Positions 37,316 through 49,860 of a stretch of 64,000 nucleotides of DNA are shown here, one piece after another. A program made the translations under genes and the position numbers. Under the pieces are notes generated by a model. That model was not told where the DNA came from. It did no database searches and saw only the letters and a list, made by a program, of their open reading frames with translations. The stretch lies in the NCBI RefSeq assembly GCF_036321535.1, contig NC_087437.1:44394001-44458000 (forward strand), read 5' to 3'. Numbering within the stretch: position 1 is the first letter of the stretch; every line of letters begins with the position of its first letter. This DNA comes from Camelus dromedarius (Eukaryota).

Positions 37316-40300
37316 AAAAAAATTATTACAGTAAAACTGACATACAATGTTGTATTAATTTCAGATGTACAACAAAATGCATTTTTTTGTATTTTTTTGT
37401 ATATATTTTTTGTATTTTTATATATATTGATAAATGATCACCACAATAAGTCTAGTTAATATTCATCACCGTATATGGTTACAATGTTTTTCTTGTTGTG
37501 AAAACTTTTAAGCTTTACTCCCTTAGCAACTTTTAAATATGCAGTATAGTATTAATAACTGTAGTCACCACACTGTACATTATATCCCCATGACTTATTT
37601 ATTTTGCAACTGAAAGTTTGTACTTTTTGGACTCCATTCACCATCTTGCCCAACGTCCTCCCCTCCCTCACCAGCAACCTTCTCTGTTCTCTGTATCTGT
37701 GGGCTTGGTTTAGTTTTGTTTTGAGATTCCACATATAAGTGTGATCACAGAGTATCTGTCTTTTTCTGACTTATCTCACTTAGCGTAATGCCCTCAAGAT
37801 CTATTGATGTTGTCACAAATGACAAGGTTTCATTTCTTTTTATGACTGAATAATATTATATATATATACACATGCATATACATATATAAGTATAAATACA
37901 CACACACACACACACACCACTTTTTCTTTGTCTATTCATCCATTTATGGACATGTAAGTTGTTTCCATCTCCTGGCTATTGTAAACAATGCTGCAGTGAA
38001 TGTGGAGGTACATGTATTTTTTTGAGTTAGTGATTTTGTTTCAGATAAATACCAAGAAGTGGAATTGCTGAATCATATAGTAGTTCTACTTTAAATTTTT
38101 TTTAAGGAAACTCCACACTGTTTTCCATAGTGGCCGCACCAAGTCAGTCCCACCAAAAGTGCAAGAGGATTTCCTTTTCTCCACATCCTTGTCAACACTT
38201 GAGATTTGTTGTTTTTTGATAGTAGCCATTTCTTACAGGAGTGAAGTGATAACTCATTGTAGTTTTGATTTGCATGTCCTTGGTGATTAGTGATGTTGAG
38301 CATATTTTCATGTACCTGTTGACCCTTCTACGTGTCTTTGGAAAATGGCTCTTCAGATCCCCTGCCTATTTTTTCAATTAGAATTTTTTTTTTTTTTGCT
38401 ATTGAGTTATATGAGTTCTTTACATATTTTATATATTGACTTCTTATCAGATATATGATTAGCAAATAATTTCTCCCGTTCTGTATGTAACCTTTTCATT
38501 TTATTGATGGTTTTCTTTGCTATTAAAACTTTTTAGTTTAATGTACTCCCAGTTATTTTTATTTTTGCTACTTTTGCTTTTGGTGTCCAATAGAAAAAAT
38601 TATCACCCAGACTGATGTCAGGGAGCTAACCACTAATGTTTTCTTCTAGTTTTATGGCTTCAAGTCTTTAATCCATTTTGAGTGAATTTTTTGTGTTTGG
38701 TGTAAGATAGTGATCCAGTTTCATTCTTTTGCATGTGATTGTCCAGTTTTCCCAGCACCACTCTTTGAAGACTGTCCTTTTCCCATTGAATGTTTCTGGC
38801 TCCTTAGTAATAAATTAATTAACCATAAATGTGTGGATTTATTTCTGGACTCTCTATCCTGTTTCATTGATCTCTGTGTCTGTTTTCACACCAGTACCAT
38901 ATAGTTTTGATTACTGTAGCCTTGTAATAGAGTTTGAAATCAGGGGGCATTTTGCCTCCAGCTTTGTTCTTCTCTCCCAAGACTGCTTTGGCTATTGGGG
39001 GTCTTTTGTGGTTCCATATAAATTTTAGGATTATTTATTGTAGTTCTGTGAAATATGTCATTGGAATTTTGATAGGGATAGCATTGATTCTGTAGATGAC
39101 ATTTAATAGTATGGCCATTTTAAAAAGATGTTGATTTTTCCAATCCAGGAGCATGGAATATCTTTCCATTTGTGTCTTCAGTGTTTTCCACCGATGTTTC
39201 ATAGTGATCTGTGTGTCTTTCACCTCATTGGTTAGATTTGTTCCTAGGTACTTACTGCTTTTGATGCAGTTGTAAATGGGATTGTTTTCTTGAATTCTTT
39301 ATAATAGTCCATTATTAGCATGTAGAAAAGCAACAGATTTCTGTATTTTAATCTTGTATCCTGCAGCTTTACTGAATTCATTAATTAGTTCTACCAGTTT
39401 TTTTGGTGAGGGCTTTAGGGTTTTTTTATATATATCACATCATCTGTAAATAGTGAGTTTTGCTTTTCTGATTTAGATATCTTTTATTTCTTTTTCTTGC
39501 TCAATTTCTCTGCATAGGACTTCCAATACTATGTTGAAAAGAAGTAGCAAGGGCATTCTTGTCTTGTTTCTGGTCTTAGAGAAAAAGCTTTCAGTTTTTC
39601 ACCACTGAATATCATGTTAGCTATGGGATTTATCATATATGGCTTCTATTATATTGAGATATGTTCCTTGTATACTCACATTGTTGAGAGTTTTTTAATC
39701 AAAAATAGATGTTGAATTTTATCAAATTATGTTTCTACATTTATTGAGACAATAATGTAATTTTTAGCCTTCGTTTAATGTGGTGTATCACATTGATTTT
39801 GTGATTGTTGAACCATCCTTCCTTCACTGGAATAAATCACTTGATCATTAGTCAATTCATGTATTACTGAATTCAATTTGCTAATATTTTGTTGAGGATT
39901 TTTACATCTTTGTTCATCAGGGATATTGGCCTGTAATTTTCTTTTTCTTTTTTTGTAATTTTCTGATTTTGGGTGTCAGAGTAATAATACTGGCCTTGTG
40001 AAATGAGTTGGAAAGTATTCCATTATTTTCAGTCCTTTGGAACAGTTTGAGAAAAATAGTGAGTCTGAATGTTTGGTAAAACTCACCAGTGAATCTATAT
40101 GGCCCAGGACTTTTCTTGTTATGAAATTTTTAAGTACCAATTTAATCTCTTTACTAGCAATCAGTCTATTCAGATTTTTATTTCTTTTTGATTCAGTCTT
40201 GGAAAATTATATATTCCTAGGAATTTATCCATATCTTTTAGATTGTCCAATTTGTTAGCAATGTAATTGTTCGTAGTAGTTTCCCATGATCCTTCGTATT

Positions 40301-41210
40301 TCTGTGGTATCAGTTGTAACTTCTCTGTCCTTTCTTACTCTGAGTCATACCTCTTTTTATCTTGTTAGTCTAGCTAAAGGTTTGGTCAATTTTATTTCTT
40401 TTTGAAGAGCCAGGTTTTGGTTTCATTGATCTTTTCTGTTGTCTTTTCAGTCTCTACTTCATCTGTTTCTGCTCTGATCTTTATTTCCTTTCTTCTACTA
40501 TCATTGGACTTTGTTCTTATTTTTCTAGTTCCTTGAGGTATAAACTAACGTTTTTTGAGTTTTTTCTCATTTCTGTAGGAATTTATCACTATGTTCTTCT
40601 GTCTTAGAACTGCTTTACTTCATAGCATAAGTTTTAGAGTATTTCCATTTGTCTCAAGGTATTTCTTATTTCATTTATGATTTCTTGACCCATTGGCTAC
40701 TCAGTAGCATGTTGTCTAATCTCCACATACTTGTATACTTTTTCATTTTTTTGGTTGTGTAATTGATTTCTAGTTTCATATCATTGTGGTCAGAAAAGAT
40801 GCTTGATATGATTTCATACTTTTTAAATTTGTGAAGTTTTGCACCCTAACATATGATCTATCCTGGAAAGTGTCCCATGTGCATATGGGAAGACTATGTA
40901 TTCTGTTTCTTTGGTTGGAATGGTTTTTATATAGTTCATCTGGTCTAATGTGTTGTTTAAGGCTGATGTTTCCTTACTGGTTTTCTTTCTGGATTATCTA
41001 TCCATTGGTGTAAGTGCAGTATTAAAGGTCCCTACTATTACTGTATTGCTGTGTATTCCTCTCTTGGGTCTCTTAATATTTGCTTTATGAATTTAGGTGC
41101 TCCTATGTTGGGTGCATAAATATTTACAAATGTTGTGTCTTCTTGGATTGACCCCTTTAACAATATATAATGCCTTTATGTGCCTTTTATAACAGTCTGT
41201 TTTAAAGTCT
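37316..41210 (-). mobile_element. L1 (L1MA9/L1MB-like) 3'UTR and most of ORF2, decayed
   Basis: 3'UTR 'ctgtagtcaccacactgtacatt'; ORF fragments such as 39035..39223 'IYRINAIPIKIPM'; ends in the endonuclease domain near 41210. Confidence 0.92.
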
Positions 41211-42765
41211 GGGAGATTCTGGTGCCTGGAGCAAGGCAGAAGGAAAGCATGTAGCTAGTGATCACCCTTCAGTGTCTCAGGAAAGGTTTACAGTTGGCCC
41301 TTAGATGTGTGTTTCATTAGAAGCCTGCCTCCCAGGCTGCAGCTCTGATGATAAACTAATAGGCCTCTTTCACAGAAAGACTGAGCTCCAGGGTCTGTCG
41401 ACTCTTGCTGAGCCCTGGGGGTGAGAACTGTTCAAGAACTCTTTCTTCTCCATTGAGTAGATTCCTGTGGGACCTCCCAGTGTAAGCCTTGATCACCATC
41501 AGAACTAGGCAATGTAGAATTGTCTCTTGGCAGTAAAATCAGGGCACCAGAGAATGGATGGTACAAGCTTCTTACTGAGCGATACTAGCAAGTGGGAGTG
41601 AGACAGAGGGTGAGTGCAGAGATGGCATCCACTGAACTCTGTTCCCTGCGAGTAGCTCTATATGCCTCTAGAATGTGCCAAACCAGAAGCCTGTCCCTGA
41701 GGACAAAGTTCCTGGACAAGCACATAGCCATATTTCTCAGAAAAACTGGTGGTGTGTTTCAGTTTGCTTTCCGTAGTGTCCAGGGAATGGTAGTCTGCCA
41801 AGAACCGGATCTCTAATTGTTCAGTCCCAGGAGGAAGCCCGGAATGCAGGCTCTCCTGGCCTCCAGAGCTAGTGAGTCATAGAGCATCCCTTGGGTGGCA
41901 CCTGCTAAAGCTGAGTCACCAGACATAAAAGCCAGGACAGCAGACATATATAGAAACTCCCCTCCAGGAGACAGTGCACTCTGGAGTGCAGCTGAAGTAG
42001 AATTGGAAATTGTACCTACGAGGCTGCAGTGAGGCAGAGGGGGGAGTGCAAAGATGTCATTCATTGAGGGGAAAAAAGAGAATAAAGAGAAAGGAAAAAG
42101 AAAGTTAAAAAATTGTGTCCATCAGGTTTAACAAGGCAGAGGAAGAACATGGAAAATGGCTCCCACCATCTTCTCTTCCTGGAGAGTATCCCAGTAGGCC
42201 CCTGCTCCTCAGACCAACAATTCAAAATTAGGAACTGAGTCTCTTTCACATAAACTGGGTGCTTTTCAAAAGTCTGCTTCTCTTGGGCCCTGGGTGGGTA
42301 AGTCTGCATATGAGTCTTTTAAGAGCTGCTCCTTAGTTCACCACAGCTCTGCCAAGTCTCCACCAAGTCTCCTGGGTGTGAACCTCATTGGTCTTCAAAG
42401 CCATATGTTTTGGAAGCTCATTTCTCAGGTGCCAGTCTTAGAAGTTGGGATGCCCCATATGGGGTGCAAACCCTGTGCTCCTCAGGCAGAAGCTCCAGGT
42501 TTTGAGTTCCTTCCTAATTGTGCGTTGTCATGCTGTCAATGAAGTTTATGGTGAGATCCTGTCTTGCCTTTCCTACCCACTTCAATGTGGTTTTCCTTCT
42601 ACTTGCCTGATGTGAAGGGGTTGTTCCACTGTTTTTTAGGTTTGTTTCTTGTTTTTTTTTTTTTTCCAGAGAAAATTATTGCTATATAGCTATAGATTTG
42701 GTGTTTCCATTGGAGGAAGTGAGTTCAGGATTTTACTATATCACCATCTTGAACCAGAACCTCTG
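41211..42765 (-). mobile_element. L1 5'UTR joined directly to ORF2 of the preceding element
   Basis: GC-richer segment; reverse complement starts 'agaggttctggttcaagatggtga...cctgaactcacttcctcc...acaccaaatctatagcta', typical of a Laurasiatherian L1 5' end. Confidence 0.75.
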
Positions 42766-43544
42766 TAATGTTTTTTAATCTGTTCCCTTTTCAGTGGCTA
42801 CAGAATTATATTGTTTACAAAGGGACCTCTGGTATTAAAAGAAAGAGCTTTGTTTAATTGAAAAAGAGGCTTTTATTTTGTTGAATGTTTCATCTCCTTT
42901 CTCTTTTTTAGTGGGTCTTAAATTGAAGGTGTTGTAAAGAACAGGATATGAAAGAAAACATGTCTGTTCCTAAATCAACTTAAAATGGTTAAAAAAAAAG
43001 ATTTTTCTAACTTTTCAAGATAGTGTGCTTAGATGCACTGCATTTATTCAGTAGCTTTAAAAGATATTGCTGAAGATAAAAATGGCAACAAAAAAAAAAC
43101 ATTTAGCTCAATACAGAGTCTGGAAGTGATGCTATATTCCTCCTATCCAATTACTACTGAAATAGCAGGGAGAAGTTCATTTTTCTTAAAGAGCAGAAGC
43201 AGAACTAGTGTGTGGTTATATTACAGTTTTAACACACATTCTTGAAAAAGACAGAATTTTGTCTTGAAATTAGCTACTTTTAAAATGTTTAGGGTAATTG
43301 TGCCATTTATGTAATGAAGAATAGCAGTGCTTTAGTCAAACTTCTGTAACTTCAGAAGATCAACCATAGAAAAATTTGTGGTTTTGTGTACATTGTTACA
43401 GCAGGTGATCAATAAAAGATTAAGCATATTTGAATAGATTTTTTTCTTTTTGAAAACAAGTACTATTATTATTTTTATTGAATGATTCTTTGAATTCTAT
43501 ATTGCTTTACAATTTTCAAAAGTTTCACACACATGATTTCATAT

Positions 43545-45640
43545 AATCCCATAATCTTTTTCCCCCATCCCTAGAGTGCCCTTCCTCCCTCCTCTCTCCC
43601 ACTGGTAACCACTGGTTTGTTCTCTATATCTGAGAACCTGCTTCTTTTTTGTTTTATTTACTAGTTTGTTGTATTTCTTGGGATCCCCCATAATAATGAT
43701 ATCATACAGTATTTACCTTCTGTCTTGACTTTTGTCACTTACCATAATTCCCTCCAAGTCCATCAATGGTGCTGCAAATGGTAAAATTTCATTCTTTTTA
43801 TGGCTGAATAGTATTCCATTGTGTATATATAGACCACATCTTCTTTGTACATTCATCTGTTGATGGATACTTACATTGCTTCCATACCTTGACAATTGTA
43901 AATAATGCTGCTGTTAACACTGGAATGTATGTACCTTTCAGATTAGAACTTTTGTTTTCTCCCTGTAAATACCCAGGAGTGAAATTGTTGGGTCATATGG
44001 TAGTTCTATTTTTAGTTTTTTGAGAAAACTCCATACTGTTAAATTGACTGTCCCAATTTACATTCCTGTCAACAGTGTAGGAGGGTTCCTTTTTTTCCAC
44101 ATTCTCACCAACATTTATTATTTGTGTTCTTTTTGATGATAACAGTTCTGACAGGTGTGAGGTGCTATCTCATTGTGGTTTTGATTTACATTTCTGTAAT
44201 GATTACTGACATTGAGCATCTTTTCACATGCCTATTGGCCATCTATATTTCCTCCTTTGAAAAATGTCTGTTCAGTTTCGTCCATTTTAAAATTTGTTTT
44301 GATGTTGAGTTGTGTGAACTGTTTATATATGTTGGATAAAAACCCCTTGTCAGTCATATCTTTTGCAAATATTTTCTCCCATTCAGTAGGTTATCTTTTC
44401 ATTTTGTCAGTAGTTTCCTTTTCTGTGCAAAAGCTTTTAAGATTAATTACATCACACTTGTGTATTTTTTGCTTTTGTTTTCTTTGGTTTAGGAGACAGA
44501 TCCAAAAAGAAATATTGTTGCAATTTATGTCAAAGAGTATTTTGTCTGTTTTCCCCTAGGAATTTTATAGTATCTGGTCTTACATTTAGGTCTTTATTTC
44601 ATTTTGAGTTTATCTTGGTATATGATGGTAGAGAATGTTTTCTTTCTTTTACAAGTTGCTGTCCAGTTTTCCCAGCACCACTTGTTGAAGAGACTGCTTT
44701 TTCTACAATGTGTTTTCTTGCCTCCTTTTCATAGATTAATTGACCATAAATGTGTGGGTTTATTTCTGGGCTCTCTGTTATGTTCCTTTGATCTGTACAT
44801 TTGTTTTTGTGTCAGTACCATACTGTTTGGATTATTGTAATATTGTCTGAAGTCAGGAAGTATGGTTCCTCCATCTCTGTTCTTTCACAAGATTGTTTTG
44901 GCTATTCTGGGTCTTCTGTATTTTCAAATAAATTTTAAAATTACTTGTTTGAGGTCTGTAAAAAATTCCATTGCTATTTTGATAAGGATTGCATTGAATC
45001 TGTAGATTGTCTTGGGTACTATGGTTATTTTAACAATATTAATTCTTCTGATCCAAGTACATAGTATTTCTTTCCATCTGTTTGTGTTGTCTTCAGTTTC
45101 TTTCATTAGTGTCTTACAGTTTTCCAAATATAGGTCTTTATGTAGATTTATTCCTAGGTATTTTATATTTTTTTGATGCAGTGGTAAATGGTATTGTTTC
45201 CTTACTACCTCTTATAGTTTGTTGTTAGTGTATAGAAGTGCAACAAATTTCTGTATGTTAATTTTGAATTCTGAAACTACCAAATTCATCAATGAGCTTT
45301 TTACTATATTTAGCACCATTAGGATTTTCTATGTATATATGTTTTGCAAGCAGTGATGCTTTACTTTTCCCTTTCCAGTTTGGACTCCTTTTATTTCTTG
45401 TCTGATTGCATGGCTGGGACATCCAAAATTATATCGAATAAAAGTGGTGAGAGTGGACATCCTTGTCTTACTCCTTAGGGGACATTCTTTCAGCTTTTCA
45501 TCATTGAGTATGATGTTAGCTGTTTTGCTATATATGGCCTTTATTATGTTGAGTTATGTTCCCTCTATGCCCACTTTCTGGAGAGTTTTAATTATAAATG
45601 GATGTTGCATTTTATCAAAAGTTTTTTCTGCATGTATTGC
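43545..45640 (-). mobile_element. L1, 5'-truncated and lacking its extreme 3' end
   Basis: ORF 44924..45127 '[26 protein letters not shown]...IYRFNAI' is L1 ORF2; no poly-T at the left end. Confidence 0.9.
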
Positions 45641-45739
45641 GATGCTCTTTCTGCTTGTTGGGCTCTTCTGTGGCTGCAGGGCATGAGAGCTCCCCTTACT
45701 GGTCTCCTAGTGCTGTTTAATAGAGGTTTCTGTTTATTA

Positions 45740-46780
45740 ATTTTTTCAAAATAAGAACTAAAAAAATTGATATCAGGAGAAGTGATCACTATAAACATTA
45801 GGAAGAATAGATACAGCTGGTTTCTTTGATGATGATAATATCCATATACTAAGGAAACCCAAATGATTCTAAGGAATACAATGAATTCAGTGAAGTAGCT
45901 TAAGTATATGATAGAGAAGAAAGTTACATTAGTCATGCAGGCACCTAAACTAAGAATTGGGATAATATTTAATTCTCAATTGTAACAAAAACAAATAAAA
46001 TACATTTTAGTAAGAAAATAATGGACTATTTATTTTTAAAACTAAATTTTTAAAAAAATATTTGAGCAAATGGAAAACACAATGGCTTCACTTACGGGAA
46101 TATTTTATATCAAACATACAATTTTTAAAATCAATATATAAATTTAATGCAGCTCTAGTTAGAATTTTACCAAGTTTTATTATTAATTGGAAAAAAAATC
46201 CTAAACTTAATATGAGGAACAAATATCTAAAGCCAAGAAAATTATAAAACAGGATAATAATATTGGAGGTTTATTTCACAGGTACGCATTCTTAAAAAGG
46301 CACTGGAATGAAATTCAACAAAAATAGTATAGATTGAAAATTTGTGAGCAGAATAGAAAATTCAGCAAAGAATGATGATAAAATAAGATTTCTTCTACAA
46401 TAAAGGTAATGTTTCAATTTAGTGTCTAATGGAGAAATGTATTAATAAATGATGTAAAACTGGCAATCTTTTCCAACATATATTTGGAATTTTAACTTAA
46501 ACCATAAGCAAATTAACTTTCAGAAAGATTAACATGCATGTGCAAACTGTTAAAAAAAAAAGCTATTAGAAAGGTTTTAGAAAAAATTTAGCAGTTTTCA
46601 CTTTCAATATAGCAATAAGGGAAAGAGTCTTAACCTATGAGAAGAAATCAAGAAAGTAGAAAATAAACAGTAACATACTTAATTCTGTAAATATAGTAAA
46701 ATACGTTAAAATTGTCACATTTAAAAAGACAAAAATAAAATAAGAAAACGGAAAAGTAAAAAAAAAAAGTTATGAGATGA
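45740..46780 (+). mobile_element. Ancient L1M ORF2 remnant
   Basis: A-rich; degenerate RT motif region ~45815-45870; ORF 46062..46247 'IYKFNAALVRI'. Confidence 0.7.
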
Positions 46781-48574
46781 CTAATTTTACATGATCGTAT
46801 AAGTATATAATATTGAGTAATAAAGGTAAAACTGTAACACTACCCCCTAGGTCCATGTTTCCTAATCCAGTGATCTATTCTGCTGTACTATCATGTAATT
46901 TTTTAAATAACTTAAATTTCTAAATGTTGAAATATTGGAATATATATGAGTAACTTATCTACTTAAATATTACTCTAATTATAGAGGTTGAGCAGGATTG
47001 ATTGATTGATTGTTTGGTATTTTATGTAATTACTATACTTGACTGCAGTTTCACTAATAAGATCTAGTGTTTTCCATGTTGTAAAATTTTATTCACAGGA
47101 AATTAAATGTAACATTTTAAACAAAAAGGCCCATTAGCTGTGAGCATCCTTTATATTCTAACCAGGATAGAAATCCCTTAATTAGGCCAAAGGATTAAAT
47201 GTTTGAAATAAACCAATTTATTTCAGTAAATCTGGGGGATGGGGAAGAGTGCCTCAATCCAAAGTGATACACCTTTTAATTTACTCTATTAAAATTGCCT
47301 TGGAAAAAACGCCAAATAAACAAGAATACTCCAGAGTCTTTATTGCATTTTATGCACATGTTCAAAAATGCTCTTGGGGAAAAGGGACTTGAATAATGGG
47401 CAGAATTTCAATAGTGCAAGTTTGGTAGAAAGCAGTCCAGATGGAAATAAGTAATAAAAGAAATCCAAGGAGAAGTAGTTCAGTGATTAGTTTTGATCTA
47501 AGACTGACACTGCCTATTGAATCTAGCATATCCTATTTAAAGATGTTCTATTTGCCTTGCTTTTAGAAACATGTTTTTATTTTATACCAGAGTGATTCTG
47601 TACTTAAAAACATTTATTACAAAATAATAGGTGGGCCATTCCTACAGATTCCTCACTAATATTATCTTTCATATTTATATAATGTCATATATTCCCTGAA
47701 ATTACAGTATCATTAAAGTAGGTCTAGGATATATTGCCTCAGGCTTTCTGGGGCCAAGTGAATCTGGTGCATTTAAATCTTTGCAAGTTGCTTGATTTAC
47801 AAACACATTAAATATAAAGTTAATACATTTTGATGTGTAATGGTATTTCTTAGTGGAAAACGTATGCACAAGGAAGCACTCTTGAGTTTTCACGTTTTTT
47901 TTTCCTTAAAATAATGAGTGTCTGTTTATAAAAATATTTGCCTAATTCAAGAATAGGCTTCTTATTTTGTGAGCCAGACAGCTCACTGGCTGAAATGTTC
48001 TGCTTAAACACAATAAAAGCCACAGTTTGGCTATTTTTTAGCAGGATATTTGACATGATTCAGACATGTCTGTGGGATAACTGTTTCCAAGTTTCTTTTT
48101 TTCTTTCACAAGAGTAACTGAAAGGACATTTTATTACTCTCCTCTGAAAAATAATAGTAGAAGTAGACCAATAAAACACATCCATCTAGAATAGTTTTGT
48201 TATCTTCAGCAGTAAGATTCCTATATGGTGTCTATGCCCATGAAGAAAGCAAATCAATGGTAGTCTTTTTAAAATACATTTTGTGGAATATCTACACACT
48301 AGTGAACTACCAACTGACAATCACTTTGCTCTACCAGAACTAATTAATCAAGTCAAAGATGAAGAAATGAGTTATATTTAATTAACTCATATAAAAAAAA
48401 GCAAAGCTAAAACGGTCTATTTGGTTTAAATTGTGTTACAGTTTGATTTTAGGGTAAAATCAAATCTTCTGAAAATAAAGACTTCTTTTGGAGGAATCAT
48501 AGGGGAAAAGAGTATATATTTCCAAGTGAAATAACAAACACCTCAGGAATCAGGAAACACCATACACTGTAAAT

Positions 48575-48655
48575 TTCTTCCTTCCTTCCTCCTTCCTTTT
48601 CCCTCCCTCTCTCCTTCCTCCCTTCTTCCCTTCTTCCCTTCTTTATTCTCTCCCT
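48575..48655. repeat. CT-rich low-complexity tract
   Basis: Imperfect (CTTC/CCTT)n. Confidence 0.8.
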
Positions 48656-48984
48656 TAACTCAACATTGATTCAGTATGAGGATAATTTGAAGTCAACTTT
48701 CTAAGAAATGAACTGCTGTAAGAGAAATTTAAAAGCTCATTTATTTCTAGACTTTGATGGAAGTCACAAAAGAGCTATTGATTTTCAAGGTTTCAGTGAA
48801 CCATTGAGGACTGGGTGGTGCTTTATAAGCCAGATGCCAAGTGTTTGGAGGCCAGGTTGCTCTGAGTTGACTGGTCTATGCAGAAATGACTTCCTGAAGC
48901 AGGTGAAGGGAGCAGGTAGAGATCCTGGCAGCCTCAGGTGATGGGCAGTTCTGGCAAGAAGTAAGTGCAAGCTTTTAAGTGGAA

Positions 48985-49190
48985 AGTACTTACTGAGTGC
49001 TATGGTATGCCCACACTGTGCTAAGCAGTTTGCAAACATCACTTTTGATGTTACCAGCTTGGTGAAGTGGGAATGGTTATGGGGCATTTGAGTTAATAAC
49101 TCATCCAAGTTCTCATATCTGGACAGTAAGAGAACTTACACCAGACTGTCTCCCAGTCCCTGTTCTTAAATGCTGTGGTGTGCTGCCTCC
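48985..49190 (-). mobile_element. MIR SINE
   Basis: 'ttactgagtgctatggtatgcccacactgtgctaagc' ... 'tgctgcctcc'. Confidence 0.7.
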
Positions 49191-49669
49191 GAATCATCCA
49201 ATAGGTGGGAGCTCTCTAGTAGATCCAAGTAGAAGTGGAAGTGGGGGCAAGGCTGTTACCACACCTAAATACTGAAAAATAGGTTTGGGGCTTTGTCTTA
49301 TAGACAGTAGGGGATTTTGTAGGTAGTTGAAGGGAAGTTACAGTGTCAAAACACAATTTCTACTTCCCATGTCTGGAATCTTTCCTCATCTCAAAGGGTA
49401 TCAGGGGTCAGGTCACAGAAGAGGTAGTGCTACCTACTAGTCAACAATCAGAAACTAGTTAATCGGTACATCATAATCAAGTGAATATCCACAGCTGTTG
49501 AAGGGCTAGAGACCTATGCACGGTATGTGTCTACGAATGACCCGGGTGGGGGAAATCCAGATAGGTATACTGTGCTTTATGTAGTATACGTAGTAGGTGC
49601 AGAAGACACTCGTGTGATGGATTGAGCAGTGGATGGGAACTGAGTAGTCACTGAGATAAATTCTTCTTG

Positions 49670-49860
49670 GGGATTATCATATTCAGTCAGAGCAACCTAA
49701 TAATGTATGTTCTATTATTATATCCTTTTCCAGTGAAGCAACTGAGGTTTAAAGAGCTTTAAAAACCTGCCCTAGGTTGTTTAGTAAATAAGTGGAAGAA
49801 AAGAGATTTGGGCCCATTTTCTTTCCAGAATCCCAGTGAATTCCCATTACTGTATTCCCC
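49670..49860 (-). mobile_element. MIR SINE
   Basis: Core 'gaagcaactgaggtttaaagag...cctgccctaggtt'. Confidence 0.7.

Noticed and set aside
41592..42542. GC-richer ORF cluster resembling a gene or promoter
   Set aside because: Lies within the L1 5'UTR; CpG-depleted, no recognisable protein
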